This document shows positions 20,844 to 33,629 of a stretch of DNA of 64,000 nt, in pieces (position 1 is the first letter of the stretch; the number at the start of each line of letters is the position of its first letter). The stretch spans positions 62,001 through 126,000 of the forward strand of contig CALSSD010000013.1 of NCBI GenBank assembly GCA_943788915.1, read 5' to 3'. Under the pieces are notes generated by a model. That model ran no database searches. It saw only the letters and a list, made by a program, of their open reading frames with translations, and was not told the DNA's origin. The translations under genes and the position numbers were made by a program. The stretch is from an uncultured Acidimicrobiales bacterium. GTDB taxonomy: Bacteria > Actinomycetota > Acidimicrobiia > Acidimicrobiales > UBA10347.

Positions 20844-21638
20844 TCACAAATGTGGTCTTGGCGGGGCCTCGGTGACAGCAGCCATTGCTGCGCCGACGAT
20901 GCCGGCATGGTTGCGGAGCTGTGCTGGGAGAAGTTCCGCCCGGGTGGCAAGTAGAGGCGCGAACTCGTCGAAGTCCTTGCTGATGCCGCCACCGATGATG
21001 AACCCATCCGGTGAGACGAGGTCTTCGAGTTTGCCGATGTAACGCTCTAGCCGCACTGCCCATTCGCTCATCGACAACCCTTCGGCCTTCTTGGCCCGGC
21101 TGGTTGCATGTCCTTCGGCATCGACACCGTCGATCTCGATATGCCCAAGCTCGACGTTGGGCAGTAACCGACCGTCGTGAAAGATAGCGGTACCGAAACC
21201 CGTCCCGATGGTGAGCATAAAGACGACGCCGTCGCGTCCGCGGCCGGCCCCGACCCGCATCTCAGCTACCCCTGCAGCATCAGCATCGTTGATCATCGTG
21301 ACCGGTGTGTTGGCGGTACCGAAGAGTTCCGCAGCATCGACGCCGACCCAGGACGGGTCAAGGTTGGCTGCGGTCTCGATCACGGCTTTCTGTCGCACAA
21401 CGCCTGGGAACGTGCATCCAATCGGTCCAGTCCACGCGAAGTGAGCGACCAAGTCAGCGAAGACTGAAGCCATGGCCTCGGGAGTAGCGGGTTGCGGTGT
21501 GGGGATGCGGAATCGGTCCGTGATCATTTGGCCTGCCACCGGGTCAACGATGGCGGCCTTCATTCCTGAACCACCGATGTCGACGCCCAGTACGTAGGTG
21601 GGGTCAACGATGGGATGGCTCACAGGGTCCTCGTGCAC
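20844..21638 (-). CDS. ppgK: Polyphosphate glucokinase
   Basis: [39 protein letters not shown]. Confidence 0.88.
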   Translation of the reverse strand: MHEDPVSHPIVDPTYVLGVDIGGSGMKAAIVDPVAGQMITDRFRIPTPQPATPEAMASVFADLVAHFAWTGPIGCTFPGVVRQKAVIETAANLDPSWVGVDAAELFGTANTPVTMINDADAAGVAEMRVGAGRGRDGVVFMLTIGTGFGTAIFHDGRLLPNVELGHIEIDGVDAEGHATSRAKKAEGLSMSEWAVRLERYIGKLEDLVSPDGFIIGGGISKDFDEFAPLLATRAELLPAQLRNHAGIVGAAMAAVTEAPPRPHL

Positions 21639-21707
21639 GGCAGACAAACTAACCAGGTTCGGTAGTTAACGTTTGCCGTATGCGCCAACTTTCTTGGCCG
21701 GCTGGTT

Positions 21708-22037
21708 TCAGATATCAGTGATGGTTAGCGCGCCACGTTCGGCAAACCCACGCAGCAGTTCGGTTGCACGTTGAGAGGTTGCCAACTGGCTGGCCGTGTC
21801 GCCATTACCGCCACCGGCAGCAACAACATCGACATTGATGGTGTCCGCCTCACGAGACGCCATGACGATCTGGCCGTTCGTTGCACCCGAAGTTGCAATG
21901 AACCGCTCGCCAACAAGTACGAAGAAACCGGAGCCGCCAGCTCGAAACTCGAATCCGCCAACCTCCAGTAAGTAGTCGTGGAGCTTTCGCAGGTCGGTGT
22001 CGGCCACCTCTTGAATCTCGAAGGAGCGCACGTGCAT
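21708..22037 (-). CDS. Hypothetical protein
   Basis: 109-aa ORF preceded by TACAGT-N6-ATG leaderless promoter. Confidence 0.6.
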   Translation of the reverse strand: MHVRSFEIQEVADTDLRKLHDYLLEVGGFEFRAGGSGFFVLVGERFIATSGATNGQIVMASREADTINVDVVAAGGGNGDTASQLATSQRATELLRGFAERGALTITDI

Positions 22038-22164
22038 GATCGCACTGTAAACAGCGTCGCCCGATGCTGCACCGCGCTGGTTCGATGTTCACATCGTGTT
22101 CACACTTGCACAGTGACGTGGTTTGCGTTCTTTCCTAACTGCTGCGGCCGCGTAGGATTAGAAC

Positions 22165-24299
<2,135 letters not shown>

Positions 24300-24303
<4 letters not shown>

Positions 24304-24764
24304 GCGACAAGCCGTTCAAGATCCTTGGTTTGCAACAGATCGCCGTCGGCGGGCTTGATCTCGAAGCTTTACGTGGCCTGTGGGTCGACACCCTTGGTGT
24401 CACCAAGGTCGGTGACTTCGAAAGTGTGTCCGAGAACGTCCGCGAGGACATACTGCAGCTTGGCACCGGTCCCCATGCGGTCGAGGTCGATCTCATGCAA
24501 CCCCTTGATCCCGATGGTCGCCCTAAGGTCCATGACCCGGCGCTCAACCACATTGGGCTATGGGTCGACGACCTTGCGGCTGCGGTCGACTGGCTTGAGG
24601 CGAATGGCATGCGGTTCACCCCCGGCGGCATCCGTAAGGGAGCGTCCGGCCATGACATCTGTTTCGTGCATCCCAAGGGCAACGACGAGTTCCCCATCTC
24701 TGGCCAAGGTGTCTTGATCGAACTGGTCCAGGCGCCAGCCGAGGTCATCGCCGCCCTCGGCTAG
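24300..24764 (+). CDS. VOC-family protein, probable methylmalonyl-CoA epimerase
   Basis: [29 protein letters not shown]-coupled to the mutase. Confidence 0.8.
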
Positions 24765-24938
24765 CTACCATGTCCGCTCCACGCTCCACGTTGTGTGACG
24801 GACGGAAATCCTGTAAATCGCTCACGCCCACACGCTGCCGATCGGGGTGTCTCATGTACCGACTACCTCGCCATCCACGGAGCGCGTGACGGTTTCCGAG
24901 GCTTGTGAAACAGGTCACGAACTGCTGGAGAGTCGTCG

Positions 24939-26168
24939 ATGGCTAGGCCGAACTGGGTGTTAGGTGCAGGTTTCACTGCGCTCTTCCGTGGCTCGCTGGT
25001 CTCGAATATCGGCGACGGAATGCGGCTTGCAGCGTTCCCGTTGCTGGCTGCCTCGCTCACCTCCTCACCGTTTTTGATCGGTGCAGTCACGGCAGCGCAG
25101 TACTTGCCTTGGCTCGTCTTCGCTCCCGTCGGTGGAGTCTTTGTTGACAGGTGGGATCGACGCCAGACGATCCTGGTAACACAAGCCGCTCGAGGCTTGG
25201 TGATGGCGGTGCTTTTTGTCCTTGTGCTCGCAGAACAGGTGGCGATTTGGCACCTGTGTCTGGTCGCCTTCGTCATTACGGCGGGCGAGATCCTGGTGGA
25301 TCCGTCCGTGACTGCATTGGTGCCTGAAGTGGTCGATGATGCCGACCTCGATACGGCTAACGGCCGGATCGCTAGCGCCGAGCTGATCACCAACGACTTT
25401 GCGGGGGCGCCGGTTGGTGCAACAGCGTTCGGGATCAACCCATGGCTTCCGTTTCTTATTGATGCCGCCAGCTATCTCGGTTCGATCGTGCCGTTTAGAG
25501 GAGTGCCCAAGCCGGCCCCAGCACCGGCAGAAATGCCGCTCGTTACCGGGGCGATCAGAGCCGAAGCGAAGGAGGGGTTTGACTGGCTACGGAAACACCC
25601 GATTCTGGGGCCACTTACCGTGGCACAGGTTGTCTACTACTTCGGCCTATCAGCCGGGTTCAGCCAGCTCGTCACGCTCATTACCCTTGACAACGGCGCA
25701 TCGTCGTTCACCTTTGGCGCTTTGCTTGCGGTCGCTGCGCTGGGAGCGTTCGTTGGATCCTTGGCAGGCGGTCGGTTTGCCCAGCGGCTAGGCCGGCGCA
25801 CGACACTTGCCGGTGCAGCCGCCATCCAAGGGCTCACGCTTGCAGCAATGGCAGTAACAAGCTCCACATGGATGTTGTTCTTGATCTGGTTCGTCAACGG
25901 TGTTCCTGCGGGCGTTCAGCGACCGGTGGCACGCAGTCTGCAGCAACGCCTCACGCCGAACCGGCTGTTGGGCCGAGTCAACGTCTCTAACCGAGTATTC
26001 ACCCGGGGCGTGATCATGATCGGTGCGCTGACGTGGGGCACCGTCGCCGAAACCGTTGGCGTGTCCTCGTCCTTTGTTGTGGGTGGAGCGATCGAAGTCG
26101 TAGCTGCCGTGCTCATCTGGCGAGCATTGCGGAAGCTTCCGGCTGTCGCCCGCTCGTGGAGTGCCTAA
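24939..26168 (+). CDS. MFS transporter
   Basis: ~12 TM; G.FVDRWDRR motif A. Confidence 0.9.
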   Translation: MARPNWVLGAGFTALFRGSLVSNIGDGMRLAAFPLLAASLTSSPFLIGAVTAAQYLPWLVFAPVGGVFVDRWDRRQTILVTQAARGLVMAVLFVLVLAEQVAIWHLCLVAFVITAGEILVDPSVTALVPEVVDDADLDTANGRIASAELITNDFAGAPVGATAFGINPWLPFLIDAASYLGSIVPFRGVPKPAPAPAEMPLVTGAIRAEAKEGFDWLRKHPILGPLTVAQVVYYFGLSAGFSQLVTLITLDNGASSFTFGALLAVAALGAFVGSLAGGRFAQRLGRRTTLAGAAAIQGLTLAAMAVTSSTWMLFLIWFVNGVPAGVQRPVARSLQQRLTPNRLLGRVNVSNRVFTRGVIMIGALTWGTVAETVGVSSSFVVGGAIEVVAAVLIWRALRKLPAVARSWSA

Positions 26169-26271
26169 CACCCGTTTCTAGGTTGAAGACTACAAAAAGC
26201 CCCTTCGGTAAGCACTAAGCAAGAGCCTTCATGATGGCATCACGATGCGCACCTCCGACTACGTTTTCTGC

Positions 26272-27678
26272 ATGGATGAACTTTCATTGATGGATGCCAC
26301 GGCTCAAGCTGAACTCGTGGCGACCGGTGCCGCCTCGCCGCTCGAGCTGGTCGATGCGGCGATCGAACGGATCGAAGCGTTGAACGCGACCGTCAACGCT
26401 GTGATCTACAAGGACTTTGACCGGGCTCGTGACGTTGCAGCGTCGAACGAGTTGGCTGATGGACCCTTCCGGGGTGTCCCGTTTCTGATCAAGGACATTG
26501 GTGCAAACCAGGCTGGTCTCCCCTACTGGTCCGGCAACATCGCACTCAAGAACATGGGCCATACCGCTACCGAGGACACCGAACTCGGGGCGCGCTTTCG
26601 CCAGGCGGGTCTTGTCACGCTCGGCAAGTCGAATCTGCCCGAACTCGGCTCGGTGCCCACGACCCAGCCGTTGAGTTGCGGGCCAACGAATAATCCGTGG
26701 GACCTCGCACGGTCACCTGCTGGCAGTAGCGGAGGTTCAGGCGCGGCTGTTGCAAGCGGCATGGTGCCCATTGCCCATGCCAATGATGGAGGCGGTTCAA
26801 CACGGCTACCTGCTGCATGGAATGGCTTGGTTGGGCTCAAGACAAGCCGCGGCACTGTTCCGAATCCCGGCAATATTTCCAGGCTCACATCCGAACTGGT
26901 GGTGACCAAGACCGTCCGAGATACAGCCACCCTCTTCGCAGCTGTGCGCGGTGCGGTCGACGCAGATCTGTTCGCTGCGATGCCGGACCAGCCAGTGCCT
27001 GATCGACCGCTACGGATCGCGGTCATGAACAACGGCGGACGCATCGAAATTGACCCCGTGTGCGCGCTTGCCGTCGATGCAACGGCAGCTGTGCTCGAAC
27101 GACTAGGCCACCAGGTTGAGATGGTCGACGCCGACAATCTGATTGGTCCGGCGAGTCGAGTAAACGGTGAGTTGTGGATGGCCGCCCTTGCCCGGCGAGT
27201 GTCTGGATTAAGCGAGATGGCGGGGCGTGAGATGACGGCCGACGACGTTGAGCCCTACAACTGGACCGCTGCCGAACGAGGCAAGGGCATGCTCGCTCAT
27301 GAGTGGTTAGCAGCTTCGGAACGGCAGCAGGCGTGGTCTGCTTCGGTCATCGACTGGATGGCAGCATTCGACGTGCTCGTCACCCCGACCTCGGGTGCGC
27401 TGCCAATGAAGACAGCGGACCTGTGGCCACCCGACGAGAAGCCATGGAGGATCTCGTCGACCTATGCACGCATCGGGCTCTTCACGTTGCCATTCAACGT
27501 CACCGGTCAACCAGCCATCTCCCTGCCGTTGCACGAGTCAGATGATGGGCTGCCAGTGGGCGTGCAATTGGCGGCAAACATGGGCCATGACGAACTGCTG
27601 CTTCAGCTCAGCGCAACACTCGAGCAAGCCATGCCGTGGGCTGACCGGCTGGCACCGATCCACGCTTCACGGATGTAG
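26272..27678 (+). CDS. Amidase
   Basis: GKSNLPELG, GSSGGS, ANDGGGSTRLPA. Confidence 0.9.
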   Translation: MDELSLMDATAQAELVATGAASPLELVDAAIERIEALNATVNAVIYKDFDRARDVAASNELADGPFRGVPFLIKDIGANQAGLPYWSGNIALKNMGHTATEDTELGARFRQAGLVTLGKSNLPELGSVPTTQPLSCGPTNNPWDLARSPAGSSGGSGAAVASGMVPIAHANDGGGSTRLPAAWNGLVGLKTSRGTVPNPGNISRLTSELVVTKTVRDTATLFAAVRGAVDADLFAAMPDQPVPDRPLRIAVMNNGGRIEIDPVCALAVDATAAVLERLGHQVEMVDADNLIGPASRVNGELWMAALARRVSGLSEMAGREMTADDVEPYNWTAAERGKGMLAHEWLAASERQQAWSASVIDWMAAFDVLVTPTSGALPMKTADLWPPDEKPWRISSTYARIGLFTLPFNVTGQPAISLPLHESDDGLPVGVQLAANMGHDELLLQLSATLEQAMPWADRLAPIHASRM

Positions 27679-27709
27679 TCCGCCACGTTTGGTCCCGTAG
27701 GCTCAGGCC

Positions 27710-29269
27710 GTGAGCGAACCAGAGGTTACTGAGACTGCGCATGTCGACGTCCTGATTGTCGGCGCAGGTATCTCGGGAATTGGCGCCGCCTACTTTCTCA
27801 AGACGATGAGCCCTGACCGCAGCTTCGCTATTCTCGAAGGTCGCCAGGATCTCGGTGGCACCTGGGACCTGTTCAGGTATCCCGGAATTCGGTCTGACAG
27901 CGACATGCACACGCTCGGTTACAGCTTCAAGCCTTGGACCGAGGCCAAGACCATTGCCGACGGCCCGTCGATCCTGAACTACCTACGAGACACAGCCTCC
28001 GAACACGGTATTGACGACAAGATCAACTACGAGCACGTGGTGACACGGGCAGAGTGGGATAGCGACGCCGCAACCTGGACGGTCGATGCTCAGGTAGGCG
28101 ACACAAAGACCCCCAGTCGGTTCACCTGCAACTTCTTGTTCATGTGTTCGGGTTATTACAGCTACAAGAGCGGCTACAAGCCTGATTTCGTGGGCGCCGA
28201 GGATTTCCAAGGCCAGGTTGTGCACCCACAGGAATGGCCGGAGAACCTCGACTACACGGGCAAGAAAGTTGTCCTCATCGGTTCTGGCGCCACTGCGGTG
28301 ACCATCGTTCCGGCGATTGCCGACGCGGTCGAATCAGTGACGATGCTGCAGCGCTCACCGACCTACATGGTTGCTCGCCCCGATGTTGACAAGTTCTCAC
28401 AGAGTCTGCGCAAGGTGCTCCCTGAAACGATGTCCTACGGCATCATCCGCAAGCTGAACAGCGCTAGGGGCGAGTTCTTCTACAACCAGACTCGGAAGCG
28501 GCCCGAGAAGGTCCGCGAACAGTTATTGGGGCGCGCTCGAAAAGCGCTCGGCAATGAAGAAGTCGCGAAGAACTTCACGCCCACGTACAACCCATGGGAC
28601 CAGCGACTGTGCCTGATGCCGAATGGCGATTTCTTTGAGGCCATCAAGGGCGAAAATGCCAGCGTGATCACTGGCTGTATCGATCACTTCGATGCGACTG
28701 GCATCCTGCTGGAATCAGGCGAACACCTTGATGCCGACATCATCGTCACCGCCACCGGCCTGCAGCTGGTCACGGCGGGCGACATGGATTTCATCGTCGA
28801 CGGTAAACAGGTCGACTTTTCCAACACCTGGACCTACCGGGGCGTGGGCTACAGCGAGGTTCCCAACATGGCATCGTCGTTCGGCTACATCAACGCGTCG
28901 TGGACACTTCGTGCTGATCTGACGTGCGAGTTTGTGTGCCGGCTGCTCAACCACATGCGCGACACCGACACGACTGTCTGCACGCCCCGGCTCCGTCCTG
29001 CCGACGCGCACATGCCTGCGCTGCCATGGATCCAGGACTTCGAATCGGGTTACATGGCGCGCATGATGCCGATGATGCCGAAGCAGGGCGATCGGGAACC
29101 GTGGACTAATCCCCAGAGCTACTCACGGGACAAGAAGGCGCTTCGAAAGGCACCGCTCGAGGACGGCGCAATGATCTTCTCGAACCCAAAGGTGCCGGCA
29201 CCATCACACGCGGCGGCAGAAGGCCCCGGTCTGCAACGAAGCCCGACAGGTCGGGACACGCGGAGATGA
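27710..29269 (+). CDS. Flavin-containing monooxygenase (EthA-like)
   Basis: GAGISG, GGTWDLFRYPGIRSDSD, HPQ.W, GSGATA, YNPWDQRLC. Confidence 0.9.
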   Translation: MSEPEVTETAHVDVLIVGAGISGIGAAYFLKTMSPDRSFAILEGRQDLGGTWDLFRYPGIRSDSDMHTLGYSFKPWTEAKTIADGPSILNYLRDTASEHGIDDKINYEHVVTRAEWDSDAATWTVDAQVGDTKTPSRFTCNFLFMCSGYYSYKSGYKPDFVGAEDFQGQVVHPQEWPENLDYTGKKVVLIGSGATAVTIVPAIADAVESVTMLQRSPTYMVARPDVDKFSQSLRKVLPETMSYGIIRKLNSARGEFFYNQTRKRPEKVREQLLGRARKALGNEEVAKNFTPTYNPWDQRLCLMPNGDFFEAIKGENASVITGCIDHFDATGILLESGEHLDADIIVTATGLQLVTAGDMDFIVDGKQVDFSNTWTYRGVGYSEVPNMASSFGYINASWTLRADLTCEFVCRLLNHMRDTDTTVCTPRLRPADAHMPALPWIQDFESGYMARMMPMMPKQGDREPWTNPQSYSRDKKALRKAPLEDGAMIFSNPKVPAPSHAAAEGPGLQRSPTGRDTRR

Positions 29270-29517
29270 ACCGTTTGACGGATCGGAAGCCTGGCCACCA
29301 ACAACTCCCTACAGCCACGCCAGCCTGACCGACCGAGTCAGTGGACCTACCGCACGGGAGTTACACAGCACGCTGCGGCCCCTCTGTTCGTTCTTCACGC
29401 CTGAAGCCACGAATTAGCCAACACCGTCCATCCCGGCGCAGAGCTGGGTCGTTCCGCCACCGAGCCGACCACTCGCCTAACTAGCGCCGCCGATCGCCGG
29501 AGTGCCAGGATCGAGGC

Positions 29518-30411
29518 ATGCAGAACTTTGCAGCCAAGCTGGCAGTCATCACCGGCGGCGGCGACGGTATGGGCCGGGCACTCGCCGAACAGCTCACCGC
29601 AGCCGGATGCCATGTCGCGATATGCGACATCTTCGAAGACACGCTTGCAGAGACCAAGCGGCGCTGTCTCGAGAGCGCCCCGGACGGCGTCCGGGTCTCG
29701 ACCCACCTGTGCGATGTTGGTAGCGAAGACCAAATCCTGCGCTTTCGCGACGAGGTACTTGCGGCTCACGACACGGAGACAGTGAACCTACTGTTCAACA
29801 ACGCTGGCATCGGTGGCGGGGCAAGCATCATCACGAGCCCTCGCGACACGTGGGAGCGGACATTCGACGTCTGTTGGGGAGGTGTCTACTGGGGTGTGCG
29901 CGCATTCATGGATGCGCTCATCGCGAGCGACGAGGCGATCATTGTGAACACCAGCAGCGTCAACGGCTTTTGGGCATCGCTCGGCCCTGGCCTTGCCCAC
30001 ACGTCGTACTCCGCCGCCAAGTTCGCGGTGAAGGGATTCACCGAAGCACTCATTACGGATCTGCGCTTGCACGCACCCCACGTGACAGCAGCGGTAGTTA
30101 TGCCAGGCCACATCGGCACCGGCATCGCCGGGAACAGCGTGCTGGCGCATGGTGCAGAACAGAGCGCCGCAGCGGCAGAGCGCGCCGCCAACTTCCGTAA
30201 CTCGGCGCCGATGACGGCACAACAGGCAGCGACCGTGATCCTCGACGGGGTCAAGGCCGGCGAATGGCGGATCCTCGTCGGCGAAGACGCACACGTGCTC
30301 GACATGGCCGTCCGGCAGGCACCGGAAGAGGCGTACGACATCGACTTCCGTGACCGGTTGGGCGGACATCTCCAGGGCATGCCTCGAGATGAGCAGCCAC
30401 TAACGAATTAG
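29518..30411 (+). CDS. SDR oxidoreductase
   Basis: TGGGDGMG, NNAG, YSAAK. Confidence 0.9.
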   Translation: MQNFAAKLAVITGGGDGMGRALAEQLTAAGCHVAICDIFEDTLAETKRRCLESAPDGVRVSTHLCDVGSEDQILRFRDEVLAAHDTETVNLLFNNAGIGGGASIITSPRDTWERTFDVCWGGVYWGVRAFMDALIASDEAIIVNTSSVNGFWASLGPGLAHTSYSAAKFAVKGFTEALITDLRLHAPHVTAAVVMPGHIGTGIAGNSVLAHGAEQSAAAAERAANFRNSAPMTAQQAATVILDGVKAGEWRILVGEDAHVLDMAVRQAPEEAYDIDFRDRLGGHLQGMPRDEQPLTN

Positions 30412-30650
30412 TGCCGATTCTCTTTCCTCGTGCGGAGCGGCTACCGGGTGCAACCATCACGGCCGAACACTGTCTGGTCGCGCTCATCACACGAGGGCCA
30501 ATCTGGTCGTTCCGGCCGCAAGTGCGGAACGATGAGACCTATTCGCTACGTGGTTCGCTACGTGGACACGCGCAGGGTTCCGTTCATGTACCGATGGCGG
30601 CTCCGTGTGAATTACTGTTCTGATGCAGCAGACCTACGCAAGGACAGTTC

Positions 30651-31688
30651 ATGAAACTCTGTACAGCAATGATGTTCGACGGCGACCCGGAGCGGTTGAC
30701 CCAAAAGATCGTGGATCTCGAAGCGGCCGGCGTCGACATGGTGCTGATCCCCGAGATCTATGGCTTCGATCAGGTCTCGGTCCTCGGCTATATCGCCGCC
30801 AAGACCGAACGTATCGAGCTGATGTCGGGCATCGTCAACGTGTTCTCGCGATCCCCTGCATTGATTGCACAAAGTGCAGCAACCATCGATGCACTTTCGG
30901 GCGGCCGGTTCACACTCGGCATCGGTACCTCTGGTGCCCAGGTGATCGAAGGCTGGCATGGCACGCCATTCAAACGCCCCCTCGGTCTCACGCGCGACGT
31001 CGTCGATATTTGCCGCAAGGTCTGGTCCGGCGACAAGGTAACCCACGAGGGCAAAGCGGTGACGCTTCCGTTGCCGGCCGACGAAGGCACGGGACTTGGC
31101 AAACCACTCAAGTTCATGAACCGCATCCATCGTCCCGACATCCCTGTCGTCATTGCATCGATCGGCCCGTCAAACGTGAAGATGACAGCGGAGATCGCCG
31201 ACGGTTGGCAGCCAATCCATTTTGTCCCTGATCGTTTTGACCGGGTCTGGGGCGAGTCGCTGGCCGCAGGCATGGCAAACCGCTCGGCGGACCTCGCCCC
31301 GATGAGCATCTTCGGTGATGCGCAACTCGCGATTGGCGAAACCGAAGAGGTCTCTGCTGCACGAGAAGCCGCACGCGGCCATGTCGGCTTCTATGTCGGG
31401 GGTATGGGCGCCAAGTCGAAGAACTATTACAACGACCTGTTCCGCCGTTACGGATGGGAAGAAGAAGCCGAAAAGATTCAGGACCTCTTCCTCGGCGGTC
31501 AGCGAGCCGAAGCCATGGCGGCGGTGCCCGACGAATACGTCGATACTGCCAACCTGATTGGCCCTGAATCTCACGTGAAAGAACGGCTCGCCGTCTACAA
31601 GTCGGTTGGTGTGACCCACCTAACAGTGAATGCCACCGGTGCCAACGCACTCGATGACATGGCAGCCGTTAAGGCCTGGATCGAGTAG
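30651..31688 (+). CDS. LLM-class F420-dependent oxidoreductase
   Basis: E.YGFD, LSGGRF.LGIG.SG.QVIEGWHG, YVGGMG. Confidence 0.88.
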   Translation: MKLCTAMMFDGDPERLTQKIVDLEAAGVDMVLIPEIYGFDQVSVLGYIAAKTERIELMSGIVNVFSRSPALIAQSAATIDALSGGRFTLGIGTSGAQVIEGWHGTPFKRPLGLTRDVVDICRKVWSGDKVTHEGKAVTLPLPADEGTGLGKPLKFMNRIHRPDIPVVIASIGPSNVKMTAEIADGWQPIHFVPDRFDRVWGESLAAGMANRSADLAPMSIFGDAQLAIGETEEVSAAREAARGHVGFYVGGMGAKSKNYYNDLFRRYGWEEEAEKIQDLFLGGQRAEAMAAVPDEYVDTANLIGPESHVKERLAVYKSVGVTHLTVNATGANALDDMAAVKAWIE

Positions 31689-31711
31689 CCACTCGGTCTG
31701 ACTCTCGACGG

Positions 31712-32725
31712 TTAGCTCTCTCGTTCACGCTGGGCAGCAATCGCCTTACCTGCTGCCCATCTGTTCTGTTCGAGAACTTTCAAGAAACCCACGACATTGC
31801 GATCTCGGATGCGTTCGAGCTCTCGCACGTCGTGGGCACCGGATTGCTCGTCGGACTGAGCGACGATGGTGTCGACCAGTTCCGGTGTGAAGTCGGGTGT
31901 GTCCATGAGTTTGGTCCAGGGCCACTCGAGTGTCGGCCCGAACTGCTCGATGAAGTGACGGAAGCCGCCGGCACCACCCGCAACCCGGTAGGTCTCAAAC
32001 AGGCCCATCTGAGCCCATCGCAAGCCGAACCCGTAGGTCATGACGTCGTCGATCTCTTGAGTGGTAGCGACACCGTCGTTGACCAGCCAGAGCGCTTCTC
32101 GCCACACCGCTTCGAGCAGACGGTCGCCAATGAACGCGTCGATCTCGACACGGACGTGCACGGGATGCATGCCAATTCCGGCATAGATGGATTGGGCGCG
32201 CCGAATCGTCTCGATCGGCGTCGCCTCTCCCCCAACGACTTCAACCACTGGCAACAAGTACACCGGGTTATACGGATGGCCGACAACGAGGCGTTCAGGG
32301 TGGGTCATCGTTGCCTGCAGCGTGGTTGGTTTGATACCCGAGGTCGAGGAACCAATCAGTGTGGTGGGGTTCGCCGCAGCCTCGATCTCGGCCAACACGG
32401 CAGCCTTGATATCCGGGCGCTCAGGCACACTCTCTTGCACGAACGCAACGTTGGTCACCGCATCGGCCACAGATGTGGCCATACGCCACTCGCCTCGGCT
32501 CGATGTGTCGAGCCCTAGGTCGTCCCATGCCAATACCGCGTTGGCGAGCACCTCACGCATGATGGCTTCCGCGTCTGGTGATGGATCCGAGATCGCAACA
32601 TCGACACCCGAAAGCACCAACCTGCTCGCCCATGCAGCGCCGATCACACCACACCCAACAACGGCAGCCGATGACGGGGCCTGTGGCCGGAATGCGGGCT
32701 CAGCAGCGGAGTCTGGGTCAGCCAT
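31712..32725 (-). CDS. lcdH: L-carnitine 3-dehydrogenase
   Basis: G.GVIG..W, QESVPER, HPYNPVYLLP.VE, FI.DRLLEA.WRE.LW, GLRWAQMG; context with BKACE and BBOX. Confidence 0.8.
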   Translation of the reverse strand: MADPDSAAEPAFRPQAPSSAAVVGCGVIGAAWASRLVLSGVDVAISDPSPDAEAIMREVLANAVLAWDDLGLDTSSRGEWRMATSVADAVTNVAFVQESVPERPDIKAAVLAEIEAAANPTTLIGSSTSGIKPTTLQATMTHPERLVVGHPYNPVYLLPVVEVVGGEATPIETIRRAQSIYAGIGMHPVHVRVEIDAFIGDRLLEAVWREALWLVNDGVATTQEIDDVMTYGFGLRWAQMGLFETYRVAGGAGGFRHFIEQFGPTLEWPWTKLMDTPDFTPELVDTIVAQSDEQSGAHDVRELERIRDRNVVGFLKVLEQNRWAAGKAIAAQRERES

Positions 32726-33629
32726 GTTTGGTAAGTGACAGGTTGTCACGGACTTGGGCCGCGGTGAGCACGTTGTAGTTTTGTGCTTCGAGGATTGTCA
32801 CAGCCCGCTCCACCAGGTCACCGTTGCTGGCTAACACGCCACGATCGAGGTAGAGGTTGTCTTCGAGGCCCACCCGTACGTTGCCTCCTGCAAAAGCTGC
32901 GAGCGATACGTACTTGAACTGGTTGCGCCCGATTGAGAACGCGGAGAAGGTCCAGTCTTCGGGCACGTTGTTGCGCATGGCCATGAAGGTATTCAGGTCA
33001 TCGGGAGCGCCCCACGGCACACCCATGCACAGCTGCACCATGGCTGGATTCGGGATGATGCCCCGGCGGACAAGATCCTTGGCATGTGCGAGATGGCCGG
33101 TGTCGAATGCCTCGATTTCGATCCGAGTACCGATCTCGTTCATCTGCGTAGCCATCGCTTCGAGCATCGCTGGCGTGTTCGTCATCACATAGTCGCCCTC
33201 GCCAAAGTTCATACTTCCGCAGTCGAGCGTGCAGATCTCGGGACGGATTCGCCGGACATGTTCGACTCGTTCGGTTGCCCCTGCCATATCTGTGCCTTCA
33301 ACCGCAGCTGGCAACGGCTTCTCGACGTCGCCCAAGATCAGATCGCCACCCATCCCAGCAGTGAGGTTCAATACCACGTCGGTGTCGGAGGAACGGACGC
33401 GTTCAGCAACCTCTTCGTACTTCTCAACCGAACGCGACGGCATACCGTCGTCCTCGCGCACATGGATGTGGACCACTGCGGCCCCTGCCTTTGCAGCTTC
33501 GATGCACGAGTCGGCAATCTGTGCTGGCGTGACAGGAACCTTGTCTGACTTGTGAGCGGTGTACCCACTACCCGTGATCGCACACGTAATGAATACGCCA
33601 TCGTGAATGGGCATCGTTTCTCTGGTCAC
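32718..33629 (-). CDS. BKACE family enzyme, probable 3-dehydrocarnitine cleavage enzyme
   Basis: ITCAITG, HIHVR, PEICTLDCG.MNF, RVGLEDN. Confidence 0.85.
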   Translation of the reverse strand: MTRETMPIHDGVFITCAITGSGYTAHKSDKVPVTPAQIADSCIEAAKAGAAVVHIHVREDDGMPSRSVEKYEEVAERVRSSDTDVVLNLTAGMGGDLILGDVEKPLPAAVEGTDMAGATERVEHVRRIRPEICTLDCGSMNFGEGDYVMTNTPAMLEAMATQMNEIGTRIEIEAFDTGHLAHAKDLVRRGIIPNPAMVQLCMGVPWGAPDDLNTFMAMRNNVPEDWTFSAFSIGRNQFKYVSLAAFAGGNVRVGLEDNLYLDRGVLASNGDLVERAVTILEAQNYNVLTAAQVRDNLSLTKHG

